Sequence record: OK905446.1
Length of the DNA: 64,000 nt
Strand: one strand, 5' to 3'
A model generated the notes under the pieces. It was not told the origin of the DNA. It made no database searches and saw nothing but the letters and a program-made list of their open reading frames with translations. Shown here in pieces: positions 1-8,642 of the stretch. The position numbers were made by a program, and so were the translations under genes. How positions within the stretch are numbered: position 1 is the stretch's first letter; each line of letters starts with the position of its first letter.

Positions 1-26
1 AACAGAAAAATTGAGAGTGGCATAGT

Positions 27-440
27 ATGATCATCGAAACTATCAAAGCAACACGTCTACAAGCACGTAAAGACCGTAACAACGCAGTGGCATCCGTTCT
101 GGGTGTTATCATGGGTGAACTTGACCGTCGTCAGAAGCACGATGACGAATCTTGTATCAAAGTAATCTCTAGCGCGATTGACAACAACAAACTAGCACTT
201 GAGCACGCTCAAGGCGACCACGTTGACATTCTTAACAAAGAAAACGCTGTGCTTGAGTCTCTATTACCTGCGAAAATCTCAGACTCTGAACTAGATACGT
301 TCGTTTCTGAATTCGTTCTTGAATCTGGTTCTGACTCTATGCGTGACATGGGTAAACTGATGGGTGCTTTGAAAGCAACTGGTAAAGTTTTCGATGGTGG
401 CAAAGCGTCTGCTCTATTCAAACTAGCAATCGGTCTGTAA
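27..440 (+). CDS. GatB/YqeY-domain protein (putative tRNA-binding)
   Basis: 137 aa helical protein with YqeY-type segments (ARKDRN..VLGVIMGE, E..VLESLLP..ISDSEL, MRDMGKLMG, DGGKAS). Confidence 0.75.
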   Translation: MIIETIKATRLQARKDRNNAVASVLGVIMGELDRRQKHDDESCIKVISSAIDNNKLALEHAQGDHVDILNKENAVLESLLPAKISDSELDTFVSEFVLESGSDSMRDMGKLMGALKATGKVFDGGKASALFKLAIGL

Positions 441-441
441 T

Positions 442-606
442 ATGCAGACTGATTACATTAAATACAAAGTAGTGACGCATAACAATTCAAAAACTTTTGA
501 AGAAGAAGTGCAGCAACTACTTAACGAGGGATGGGAACTGCATGGCTCTTTGCAAGTCGACCGGTTCTACCTCTACCAATCACTAATAAAAACGGGGTTA
601 GACTAA
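442..606 (+). CDS. small hypothetical protein, 54 aa (DUF1737-like)
   Basis: Not in ORF track; MQTDYIKYKVVTHNNSKTFEEEVQQLLNEGWELHGSLQ...; fills the gap between neighbours, TAATG coupling to next gene. Confidence 0.65.
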   Translation: MQTDYIKYKVVTHNNSKTFEEEVQQLLNEGWELHGSLQVDRFYLYQSLIKTGLD

Positions 607-776
607 TGGCACATTGTGTTGTATGTAAACAGCCAATTAAAGAAGGCGATGTCACTATCGACACGCCACAAGGCACTGTACACGCAGGTCAATGTCAGCA
701 ACATCTTGCCGAAATGGCGATGTCTGAATCTGGCGGTGATCAGCAGCTAGTTGAAACACAACTTCTAAACGGGTAA
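606..776 (+). CDS. T4 UvsY.-2-like small protein
   Basis: ATG at 606 overlapping upstream stop; CVVCKQPI...TPQGTVHAGQC...SES...QLVETQLL resembles T4 uvsY.-2 and lies next to uvsW as in T4. Confidence 0.75.
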   Translation: MAHCVVCKQPIKEGDVTIDTPQGTVHAGQCQQHLAEMAMSESGGDQQLVETQLLNG

Positions 777-780
777 AGAT

Positions 781-891
781 ATGAGCAGAGATCGCAAACG
801 AGATCGAGGGTTCTTCGATTGGTTATTTTATCCAATTGAATTATTGTTTGAGATAATCGGTGCGATTCTCTCGGCAATCTTTTCTGACTAA
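781..891 (+). CDS. 36-aa putative membrane peptide
   Basis: MSRDRKRDRGFFDWLFYPIELLFEIIGAILSAIFSD; basic N-terminus plus hydrophobic helix, ends just before terminator. Confidence 0.45.
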   Translation: MSRDRKRDRGFFDWLFYPIELLFEIIGAILSAIFSD

Positions 892-892
892 T

Positions 893-920
893 AAAAAAGG
901 GAGCTAATTGCTCCCTTTTT
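893..920. terminator. bidirectional intrinsic terminator
   Basis: AAAAAAGGGAGC-taatt-GCTCCCTTTTT between convergent genes. Confidence 0.85.
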
Positions 921-925
921 CGTAT

Positions 926-2449
926 CTATGCGGCAAGGTCTACTTTCTTAACTGCATATTTGAACTCTTCTTGGTTGTAAAGCTCAATACGCTGCATCCC
1001 ATGCTTCATCGTATAATTTACGTGTGTATACGGCTTCTTAGCGTTCGCACGTTTCGGCTTGATTGCTAAGTTGTCGATAATATCAAACAGCTTCGCAGTA
1101 ACTTTCGAACCGTGTTTACGTAGAATACGACCAATCGACTGCAAGTTGATGATCTTACTCTTCGTTGGGTGAGCGAAGATTACGTTGTGAAGTTTCTTGA
1201 TACTGATACCAGTCGAGAATACACCATACGACGCGACGATAATCGCACCATCAATGTCTTCTGCAATCTTCTTCACATGCGTGCGGTCATCGGTTTTAGT
1301 CTCACCTGATACGTAGAACACTTTCTCAGGGTCATAAACTTTCTTCAATGCTTCGTACAGCAACTTACCATGCTTGATGTTCTTAAACAGCAATAGCGTG
1401 TTTTCGCCTTTCTTGGCACTTAGATGATGCGCAAGCTTGATCAAATAACGATTTCGCTGCTTGTTCTCAAGAATGAATTTCATTTCTTCTTGATATGAAC
1501 TGCCTTTCATTTCATCACGCAGTGGCTGTGGATATTCGAGCATTAAGCAGTTGATCTTCAGATCAGTTACTTGTCCCTCTTCCATTAGCTGTGCAGTTGA
1601 AACAGGTCGGAAAATATCACCGAATGAACCCACATACTGTAGAATATTCGCTTTACCGTCTCTAAGTGAGCCAGTCAATCCGATTTTGTATTCACAGTTG
1701 GTCATTTTCTTGATAATGCCGTCTAATGACTTACCCGTTGCTAAGTGACATTCATCGACTAGCAACATACCAAACTGATCAAACCATGCTTTGTCTTGCT
1801 TAACAGCCGACTGCCATGTTGAAACGACAATGTTACAATCACCGATTGCATCACGGTCAACACCACCGCGAATCTGATAAATATCGCCATGTTCGAATAA
1901 ACGATAATCTAAGAAGTCATCACGCATTTGCTGAACAAGTGCAGTGGTCGGTACGATAATCAATACTTTCTGACACTCGTGATTCTCTAAGAACCATTTG
2001 GTCAATAATGACTGAATCAACGATTTACCGGCTGATGTTGGTAGATTTAATAGACTATGCTGATGGTTGATGCCATGAAACACTGAGTCCATTTGATACC
2101 AGTATGGGCTAATCTTATTGCTACCGCCGTAAATATCAAGCGACGCAACCCATGCTTCAAAATCTTCGCGAGTGATTTTCTCAACTGGATCAATCATCGG
2201 GTCAGTTTCAATCGAATACATCATGTTTGATGCGAACGCTCTAGCTTGTCCGACTAAACCATATGGCAAGAAACCTTGATAAGTCATTAGTCGAATCTTA
2301 CCATCCCATATGCCCATTTTAAATTTAGGGTTGAATTTGTACCCGTCAGTCAGAAATGAAAAGTAGTCAATCATTTCATGAGTAATGCTTGGCTCTGCTA
2401 CGACTCTCGCATAACTCTCATCGAAGTACTCAATTTTAATATCTGCCAT
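926..2449 (-). CDS. uvsW: UvsW SF2 DNA helicase
   Basis: Walker A LPTSAGKS, DECH box, motif VI QSIGRILR; 507 aa; T4 synteny. Confidence 0.95.
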   Translation of the reverse strand: MADIKIEYFDESYARVVAEPSITHEMIDYFSFLTDGYKFNPKFKMGIWDGKIRLMTYQGFLPYGLVGQARAFASNMMYSIETDPMIDPVEKITREDFEAWVASLDIYGGSNKISPYWYQMDSVFHGINHQHSLLNLPTSAGKSLIQSLLTKWFLENHECQKVLIIVPTTALVQQMRDDFLDYRLFEHGDIYQIRGGVDRDAIGDCNIVVSTWQSAVKQDKAWFDQFGMLLVDECHLATGKSLDGIIKKMTNCEYKIGLTGSLRDGKANILQYVGSFGDIFRPVSTAQLMEEGQVTDLKINCLMLEYPQPLRDEMKGSSYQEEMKFILENKQRNRYLIKLAHHLSAKKGENTLLLFKNIKHGKLLYEALKKVYDPEKVFYVSGETKTDDRTHVKKIAEDIDGAIIVASYGVFSTGISIKKLHNVIFAHPTKSKIINLQSIGRILRKHGSKVTAKLFDIIDNLAIKPKRANAKKPYTHVNYTMKHGMQRIELYNQEEFKYAVKKVDLAA

Positions 2450-2474
2450 GTTTTTCTCTCTATGCGAGTTTTGT

Positions 2475-2499
2475 CTAAATATGTATAACTGTATTTATA
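2475..2499. promoter_or_regulatory. back-to-back T4-type late promoters
   Basis: CTAAATA on + (2475-2481) and TATAAATA on - (2492-2499) between divergent genes. Confidence 0.7.
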
Positions 2500-2512
2500 G
2501 GGGTCTAAAAAC

Positions 2513-2719
2513 ATGACACGAGCCGAAATGATGTCGCAGTTGGACAAGGGTTGTCTTAAATTCGAACGCGACGGTCGAAAATATCACGGAACATTGTGTA
2601 AACATTATTTACCTGTACTAGAAACAAATCGCGAAGAAATGCGAAAAAATGAAAAGTCTACCGATACGGTAACTTTCTTCGACTTGAACGACAATGTATG
2701 GGTAACGATTAAGGTCTAA
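2513..2719 (+). CDS. small SH3-like (DUF2693/WYL_2-like) protein
   Basis: 68 aa; KFERDGRKYHGTL...LP...VTFFDLNDNVW pattern; family call tentative. Confidence 0.5.
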   Translation: MTRAEMMSQLDKGCLKFERDGRKYHGTLCKHYLPVLETNREEMRKNEKSTDTVTFFDLNDNVWVTIKV

Positions 2720-2727
2720 GGGAAATT

Positions 2728-3240
2728 ATGATTACTGAATATCTGAAGAAACAAACCAAACGTGGCGTAGCTGAATTCGCATTGAAGCACTACGACATTG
2801 AACTCGACAATGCACTTACTAAAAGCAAGATGATCGAAGAGCTAATGTCTAACGAAATTGTTAGCAAATCTGGTGTTCCGCTAGAATGCACTGTAATCGA
2901 GTCTAAGACGACATGCGATCTAGTCGATGAATCAGACGCGATTCCAATTAAAGACGCTGAGATTGCGGCTGAAGTCGATTTAACCGCAATTAAACTAGAT
3001 TGTCCGCTAGGTGACGAAGATCTAGTGATTGTAATCGAAGACGAGTTCAAGCCTAAGTGGATGCCTACTTATCGTCGAGGTGATGAAATGTACCAACCGC
3101 TTTCGGCTGATATTATCCATGACTGGCATATCGGTCGACGCGATTCGCATGATCTGAAAACTATTGAACACTGGGTTAAACTTCGCGGTCAATTACTAGT
3201 CCATGAACGCCAATCAAACAGCTTTACTTATCTGAGGTAA
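2728..3240 (+). CDS. inh: Inh-like prohead protease inhibitor/minor head protein (paralogue 1)
   Basis: N-terminal EFALKHYDIELDNALTKSKMIEEL and C-terminal HWVKLRGQLLVHERQSNSFTYL match T4 Inh ends. Confidence 0.7.
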   Translation: MITEYLKKQTKRGVAEFALKHYDIELDNALTKSKMIEELMSNEIVSKSGVPLECTVIESKTTCDLVDESDAIPIKDAEIAAEVDLTAIKLDCPLGDEDLVIVIEDEFKPKWMPTYRRGDEMYQPLSADIIHDWHIGRRDSHDLKTIEHWVKLRGQLLVHERQSNSFTYLR

Positions 3241-3244
3241 TAAC

Positions 3245-3733
3245 ATGTTTCGATTCAACGAATATGAGAACACTCTATACGGTGTTCATATCAGTCTTTC
3301 AATTGACGAGGAATGGGGGAATCACAATCTAGGCAAGATGATACCTGAACCTGAGATTGACAAGCTACTTGATACTAAACCGAAGCATAAATGGAAAATT
3401 GCACCGAATGCTGCTAAGTATCAGACGTTGCTTTTCAACATCGACTCTAGTCGTATTGTGTTCAAAAACACAGTTTATCAAGTTGCATATCTAGGTAATA
3501 TTCACCCACCGAAAGAAGTCGGTAAGCCAGAGACGGGGTATAAGTTTGCGGTCAAGAAAGCCATCTATCACTCACACCCGAGTACTGAGCTTTACACTGG
3601 TAAAAACCCGAAAGATCCGAAGCTGAATGATACAATTGCACTAGTGTGGTGGTTTCAAAGTGGGACAATCGTGTTTGATTTGTGGAAGCACAGCGAATAT
3701 GATGAAAAACTTGCAAAATGGCGCAAAAAGTAA
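3245..3733 (+). CDS. hypothetical protein, 162 aa
   Basis: Long ORF with RBS, co-oriented in operon. Confidence 0.7.
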   Translation: MFRFNEYENTLYGVHISLSIDEEWGNHNLGKMIPEPEIDKLLDTKPKHKWKIAPNAAKYQTLLFNIDSSRIVFKNTVYQVAYLGNIHPPKEVGKPETGYKFAVKKAIYHSHPSTELYTGKNPKDPKLNDTIALVWWFQSGTIVFDLWKHSEYDEKLAKWRKK

Positions 3734-3762
3734 TTGACATTGATATTGTCTTAGCCTAAACT
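3734..3762 (+). promoter_or_regulatory. sigma70-type early promoter
   Basis: TTGACA-17 nt-TAAACT. Confidence 0.7.
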
Positions 3763-3794
3763 TGTTTTCGTTGAGACAATATAGAGAGCACATT

Positions 3795-4070
3795 ATGACT
3801 ATTCTTGAAAAAGCATTTGCTGAATACAACGCAGAACAAGTTTCTGCGCCTGAAGTCAGAACTGAGCTTTTCACGCCTTGCGGTGTGAGATTCACAACTG
3901 AACCAATGTATAACACTGCCACTGGTATGCACGATTGCATTATGTATGTATTCGACACCGGCGAACAGATTATTGTTGACGATGAACTTGATAGCTTCCA
4001 TGAAGCTTATGTGCAATACTGCAATGAGCAGTTCAGTGAACTACAAGTTCCCGTTGAAAAACCACTTTAA
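3795..4070 (+). CDS. hypothetical early protein
   Basis: Start moved to MTILEK (RBS GAGAG, ATTATG context); acidic. Confidence 0.7.
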   Translation: MTILEKAFAEYNAEQVSAPEVRTELFTPCGVRFTTEPMYNTATGMHDCIMYVFDTGEQIIVDDELDSFHEAYVQYCNEQFSELQVPVEKPL

Positions 4071-4086
4071 ATGAGAGAAATATATC

Positions 4087-4713
4087 ATGACTAACATTGA
4101 AATCGTACGCAAAGCACTTGCAAACAATGAAACACTAAAACGCAGTGTATTTCGTCAAGCTGTTCACGATCTTCTAGAGAAGCGTGAACTAACAGTAGCT
4201 GAAATAGTGTACGCATTGAACGGCGGGGAATACAACGAAACTCTACGTCGTCGAGTTCAATCAAACGTACAAAGCTCAGATAAGGTTATCGTTTGTCGAT
4301 TTGAGAAATTCGGTAGTCGCGAAGTTTACGTTTACACGCTAAACACTAAAGGTCGTCTAGCAATCGACATCCCTAAACGCAAATCACCTCGCAAGCCTAT
4401 TCAAGGTTTTGAGAAACTACTGACTCGTGCGTTGAATCGTGGTCTCGGTCTGTCCGTTGCCGTTGCAGGTCAGCAAGCAATTGATGCGTTTAAAGCTCTA
4501 GAAACAAAACAGCAAATTCGTTACTTGACTTCTATTGCTCTACGTGACAATGCTCGTGAGATTCTAGATATTGTCAGCAAATCAAATCTACCGAAAGAAG
4601 AGCTTGAGAAAATCAATGTTACAAAATTGGTTCGTGATAATGCAACATATGTGATTGCAAAAGTGAACAAATCAAGTGCATTTTTCAACAACATCAAAGC
4701 AATCTACGGTTAA
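4087..4713 (+). CDS. hypothetical basic protein, possible winged-helix DNA binding
   Basis: 208 aa; LLEKRELTVAEIVYAL...VQSNVQS...YVYTL is wHTH-like (tentative). Confidence 0.65.
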   Translation: MTNIEIVRKALANNETLKRSVFRQAVHDLLEKRELTVAEIVYALNGGEYNETLRRRVQSNVQSSDKVIVCRFEKFGSREVYVYTLNTKGRLAIDIPKRKSPRKPIQGFEKLLTRALNRGLGLSVAVAGQQAIDAFKALETKQQIRYLTSIALRDNAREILDIVSKSNLPKEELEKINVTKLVRDNATYVIAKVNKSSAFFNNIKAIYG

Positions 4714-4725
4714 TTTAACCGCATT

Positions 4726-4752
4726 AAAGGGTGACTTCGGTCGCCCTTTTTT
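4726..4752 (+). terminator. intrinsic terminator, UUCG loop
   Basis: AGGGTGAC-TTCG-GTCGCCCTTTTTT. Confidence 0.85.
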
Positions 4753-4761
4753 CGTTTCTGT

Positions 4762-4768
4762 CTAAATA
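4762..4768 (+). promoter_or_regulatory. late promoter
   Basis: CTAAATA about 25 nt upstream of 4794 ORF. Confidence 0.65.
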
Positions 4769-4793
4769 TAATAAACAATAAGGGGTTAAAACT

Positions 4794-5387
4794 ATGATTG
4801 AATTTTTAACAGAAATGGACAAAGCGAAAAAAAGCGGACGTTGGGCGCAATTTCAAGCAATGACCGCAGGTTCGAAGGGAGAGGTTAAAAAACGTCTGCA
4901 ACGAAAAGGTGGGTTCTGGGGTACATTTGCGGGCTTAATTGCTGGTGCAACGGCTTCAGGTGAATTGAAAAAGCACAATCGTTCTCTTGAAGATCATAAA
5001 CTAAGAATGGAAAAGTCAGCCGTTGATACGATTCACAGCTTGAACATTCTAAAAGATGCGATTGAGCTTGATAGACCGCGTGAAGAAGTCATGGCAGCAG
5101 CTAAGAGACTGAAGCTTGACAACATGACGATGAAGAAATACGCCGCTGAAATGATTCGCGTCGTTGATGAGTACAAGCGTGTTCACGATGATGACAAGAA
5201 AGCAGGTGCACTACGATTCAATGATCGCGAGTACGACCGACATGATTTTCGCGAAATCTATCATCACTTGAACATGATTGAAGACAGCACGTTTTACGTC
5301 GATAAAGCAGCTTCCGCAGCAATGACAGGCGATACTCAATTCGCAGTACGAATGATCAGAAACATTACCAACGAGGCAAGACGATGA
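4794..5387 (+). CDS. putative internal head protein, 197 aa
   Basis: Late promoter; N-terminal MIEFLTE resembles T4 capsid-targeting/gp21-cleaved leader. Confidence 0.6.
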   Translation: MIEFLTEMDKAKKSGRWAQFQAMTAGSKGEVKKRLQRKGGFWGTFAGLIAGATASGELKKHNRSLEDHKLRMEKSAVDTIHSLNILKDAIELDRPREEVMAAAKRLKLDNMTMKKYAAEMIRVVDEYKRVHDDDKKAGALRFNDREYDRHDFREIYHHLNMIEDSTFYVDKAASAAMTGDTQFAVRMIRNITNEARR

Positions 5388-6364
5388 ACATGATTTTTGA
5401 ACGTGCGACGTTGAAAACTCGCAAAGGTAGCGCGATTAAACGCAGCAAATGGGGCGTGGGTAAAGACATCGGGGGTTCATTATATGTTCACGTTGACTAC
5501 GTACCAGACGAGTTCAAGCAAATGGTTGCTGATGCTCGTACGCAAGTTTCTATTGCTAATGCACAATTCACACCGAATATCGTACGCATTGACTACAAGA
5601 AAGGCGGGGTAGCGTTCTATGACTCAGTTGAATTTGATACTGTCCAAGAACCTGCGGCTGGTTTAATGGTTACTTACAAAGACGGTGCTGTTTCTAAGCC
5701 ACGTCAAGTAAATCAGATCTGGCACCACAAATGGCTGTGGGTTGGCGATGATTATCGCGGGTTCAACACTACTCAGTCTTATGACCGTTCGGCCCAATGG
5801 CTAGATCATGACGACATCCCATTTGCTAAAATCGGCAATAAGAAGACGTGGTCTGAATGGCTAACATCGGTAAACTTGAGTGAATCTAGTATGTTCTCTG
5901 AATCTATGGACAAGCCTGCTAAAGTAATGTATCCGAAAGGTGATGACCCGAAAGGTGACAAAAAGCCAATTGAAGGTCTATTTCAGATTGGTCAACAAAC
6001 ATATCGCGTTATTCTAGTCCCGCACGATATTAATTGGGGTGATAATGGCGAGTTGTTCAATTTCAATCCACCAGAGTCGGTTGGCGGTGTTGAAGTGCAT
6101 TTCCAAGTTAGACACATGGGAAGTTGGACTAATGATTTAACCGCTTCTGAAAACCCGCTTCAAGTATTCGCTACTGTAGTCAACGAAACGGTTAAATTCG
6201 CAACGACATACAACTGTAATACAATTGCGACATCAATCAAAGATGGGAATGAGAAGCGAGTTAGATTGTACAAGCGTCTATTTCAACGATATGGTAGCAA
6301 GCATGGGTACAAGCCTTCGTTTGAAACTCAAGGCGATGTAACTATGTTCACGCTCAACAAATAA
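5384..6364 (+). CDS. putative two-domain internal head protein, 326 aa
   Basis: ATGA overlap with upstream gene; MNMIFE leader and central NLSE-SSMFSE linker resemble prohead protease sites. Confidence 0.6.
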   Translation: MNMIFERATLKTRKGSAIKRSKWGVGKDIGGSLYVHVDYVPDEFKQMVADARTQVSIANAQFTPNIVRIDYKKGGVAFYDSVEFDTVQEPAAGLMVTYKDGAVSKPRQVNQIWHHKWLWVGDDYRGFNTTQSYDRSAQWLDHDDIPFAKIGNKKTWSEWLTSVNLSESSMFSESMDKPAKVMYPKGDDPKGDKKPIEGLFQIGQQTYRVILVPHDINWGDNGELFNFNPPESVGGVEVHFQVRHMGSWTNDLTASENPLQVFATVVNETVKFATTYNCNTIATSIKDGNEKRVRLYKRLFQRYGSKHGYKPSFETQGDVTMFTLNK

Positions 6365-6366
6365 AC

Positions 6367-6392
6367 AAAAGCGCATTAATTTGCGCTTTTTT
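6367..6392 (+). terminator. intrinsic terminator
   Basis: AAAAGCGCA-ttaatt-TGCGCTTTTTT. Confidence 0.8.
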
Positions 6393-6403
6393 GTTTTTAC
6401 CTA

Positions 6404-6432
6404 TTGACACTTTCACCATAAAGTCGTATTAT
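6404..6432 (+). promoter_or_regulatory. sigma70-type early promoter
   Basis: TTGACA-17 nt-TATTAT. Confidence 0.75.
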
Positions 6433-6473
6433 CTCTACATCGAAACGACATCGACTAACTGAGAGAGAATATT

Positions 6474-7652
6474 ATGACTAACCAATTCGAAAACACGTAC
6501 ACAATCCGTTCTATCTTCATGAACGAGTTCGAAGCTCGTGTTGCATCCACTAACAAAATTGCAAAGCGTCTAAACGTTGCTGAAATCGAATCTGAATTCG
6601 GTGAAGTTTACTCAGTAGTTCGTGTAGTAAACGGTCAAAAAGAGCGTGAATACTACGTTGACGTTACAATTCGCGGTGAATACCCATCAAACAAAGGTTG
6701 GTCATTCTTGACTCAACTTGATCACGCTACAAATCTTGTTCGTTCAAACAACGAAACAAATCACCGTCATCTTCTTGGCGATACTACATGCGATCACTGC
6801 AACTCAAATCGTCAGCGTAACGTGACTTACGTTATTCAAAACGAAGAGACAAAAGAAGAGATTCGCGTGGGTGGTTCATGTCTGAAATACTACTTGCCTA
6901 CTAAATCAATCGACTCACTAGCTACATTCTACGTCGCAATTTCGGAATTCGGTGAAGAAGATTCATGGGGTCGTGGTTCTTCGAAACCCTCATACAATGC
7001 CCTTCAGATTGTTTCTTGGGCTGCTATGTATGTTGAGCATAACGGTTCATATCACGGCGGTGGCATCACTCGTCAGTGGGTAATGAACATGATCAACGCA
7101 CAGACAAAAGAAATGCGCGAAGAGCGTGATGCAATGCTTGATGAATACAACTACGACAAGTGTGAAGAGCAAGCAAAAGAAATCCTAGAGTGGGTTGCTA
7201 ATCAAGAAGCAACTAACGATTTCATGCACAATGTAATCGCGTCTTGCACTGCACCGTTCGTTGAGTACAAACAAACTGGCTTCATTGCCGCAGCTATCGT
7301 TGCTTACAACAAAGCAAAAGAGCGTGAGATTCTAGCTAAACTAGAAGCAGAGCGTAAAGCTGATCTACCAGAGTCTGATCACGTTGGAACTGTTAAGAAG
7401 CGTGAAAACTTCACTGTGACTCTTGAGAAAACAATCGTTACTGAAGGTTACTACGGCGACACATTCATTCACCGCTTCCGTGATGAGCAAAACAACCTAA
7501 TTATCTGGTTCGGCACTAAACGCCTACGCAACAACGACAACGACAAGATCGAATCGGGTGAGACTGTTACGATTAAAGCTACTGTAAAAGAGCACAGCGA
7601 GTTTCGTGACGAAAAACAGACAATCGTACAGCGTGTAGCGTTCGTCGCTTAG
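6474..7652 (+). CDS. conserved phage protein with CxxC motif and C-terminal OB-fold-like domain
   Basis: 392 aa; CDHC...VGGSCL; C-terminal HVGTVKKRENFTVT...FRDEQNNLIIW...ATVKEHSEFRDEKQTIVQR. Confidence 0.7.
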   Translation: MTNQFENTYTIRSIFMNEFEARVASTNKIAKRLNVAEIESEFGEVYSVVRVVNGQKEREYYVDVTIRGEYPSNKGWSFLTQLDHATNLVRSNNETNHRHLLGDTTCDHCNSNRQRNVTYVIQNEETKEEIRVGGSCLKYYLPTKSIDSLATFYVAISEFGEEDSWGRGSSKPSYNALQIVSWAAMYVEHNGSYHGGGITRQWVMNMINAQTKEMREERDAMLDEYNYDKCEEQAKEILEWVANQEATNDFMHNVIASCTAPFVEYKQTGFIAAAIVAYNKAKEREILAKLEAERKADLPESDHVGTVKKRENFTVTLEKTIVTEGYYGDTFIHRFRDEQNNLIIWFGTKRLRNNDNDKIESGETVTIKATVKEHSEFRDEKQTIVQRVAFVA

Positions 7653-7680
7653 AATCGCACACAGAGCGTCGTATAGACCT

Positions 7681-7710
7681 AAAAAAAGCCCGCTAATTAG
7701 CGGGCTTTTT
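7681..7710. terminator. bidirectional intrinsic terminator
   Basis: AAAAAAAGCCCGC-taatta-GCGGGCTTTTT between convergent genes. Confidence 0.85.
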
Positions 7711-7711
7711 G

Positions 7712-8041
7712 TTATGGTGTGACCGGCACGTCCCAATTGATGCGGAAGAAGCGACTATTCGTATGTTCACGACATAGAGTAGTTGTACCGTCGACCGCGT
7801 TTGCTAGAACGTCTAGACATTCCTGAGAAAGACCTGTGATGTCAGTAATAGGGCCCGCTGAAATAGCAGCGTCTAACTGTTCATACGTTTGCTTGTCGAT
7901 GATGATGTATAATTCACCTGCGTGATTTAGAACCGCAGTGTCAATGTCATCGTACGCGCTTTTCGCTGCGTCAGCAGCCGCGACAGACGCAGAATCAACC
8001 GAGACTGAAAGATCCAAATCTGTATGGATTGGTGTTGTCAT
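7712..8041 (-). CDS. small acidic late protein with Inh/Hoc-like C-terminal motif
   Basis: 109 aa; GTTTLCREHTNSRFFRIN resembles upstream GKVLVRETRNSQFITIQ. Confidence 0.6.
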   Translation of the reverse strand: MTTPIHTDLDLSVSVDSASVAAADAAKSAYDDIDTAVLNHAGELYIIIDKQTYEQLDAAISAGPITDITGLSQECLDVLANAVDGTTTLCREHTNSRFFRINWDVPVTP

Positions 8042-8053
8042 TGGAGTAACCTC

Positions 8054-8548
8054 TTATTGTATTGTGATAAATTGACTATTGCGTGTCTCACGCACTAGAA
8101 CCTTGCCGTCTTTTTCGACGTAGTGCAAGATTGTTTTAACCAATCGAAGGTCTGATGCAATCACACTTTCAATCGCTGCTTGACCAGATAGAATTGCCTT
8201 CGCAGACGAAACCGCCGAGTCGGTTGCAACCATGAAACGCTCAAATCCACGCTTAAATGGTAGAGGGAGTGGCTCGAACGAATCGTCTTTAGGTAGCTCG
8301 ACTTTAACTTCGGTTGTGATAGCGTCAGTCAACGCTTCCGGTTCAGCAATTTCAGGCGTTTCTTCAACAAGAAGTTCTTCCCATGGGAGCTGTTTCAGCG
8401 GCGTTTTTTCTTCAGCGGCTTCAATAAGTGCTTTAGTCATAGCACCTTTCGATTTACGACGATCAAGTTCAATGCCGTAAAATTCTTGCGCAAACTCATC
8501 TAGTTCTGTTTTAGTTAGTGAATCTGCATGTGTTTTTAATTGACTCAT
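8054..8548 (-). CDS. inh: Inh-like prohead protease inhibitor/minor head protein (paralogue 2)
   Basis: ELDEFAQEFYGIELDRRKSK and ILHYVEKDGKVLVRETRNSQFITIQ closely match T4 Inh. Confidence 0.8.
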   Translation of the reverse strand: MSQLKTHADSLTKTELDEFAQEFYGIELDRRKSKGAMTKALIEAAEEKTPLKQLPWEELLVEETPEIAEPEALTDAITTEVKVELPKDDSFEPLPLPFKRGFERFMVATDSAVSSAKAILSGQAAIESVIASDLRLVKTILHYVEKDGKVLVRETRNSQFITIQ

Positions 8549-8578
8549 TGTGAATCTCCAAATTTATTCATTCATTTA

Positions 8579-8618
8579 TATTTAGACCATTGACATCTAT
8601 TATTTAGTCTTGTATTCT
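8579..8618. promoter_or_regulatory. late promoter (-) and sigma70 promoter (+)
   Basis: CTAAATA on - at 8579-8585; TTGACA-17-TATTCT on + at 8590-8618. Confidence 0.65.
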
Positions 8619-8642
8619 ATAGGTATACAAAGGAGAAGCGAA

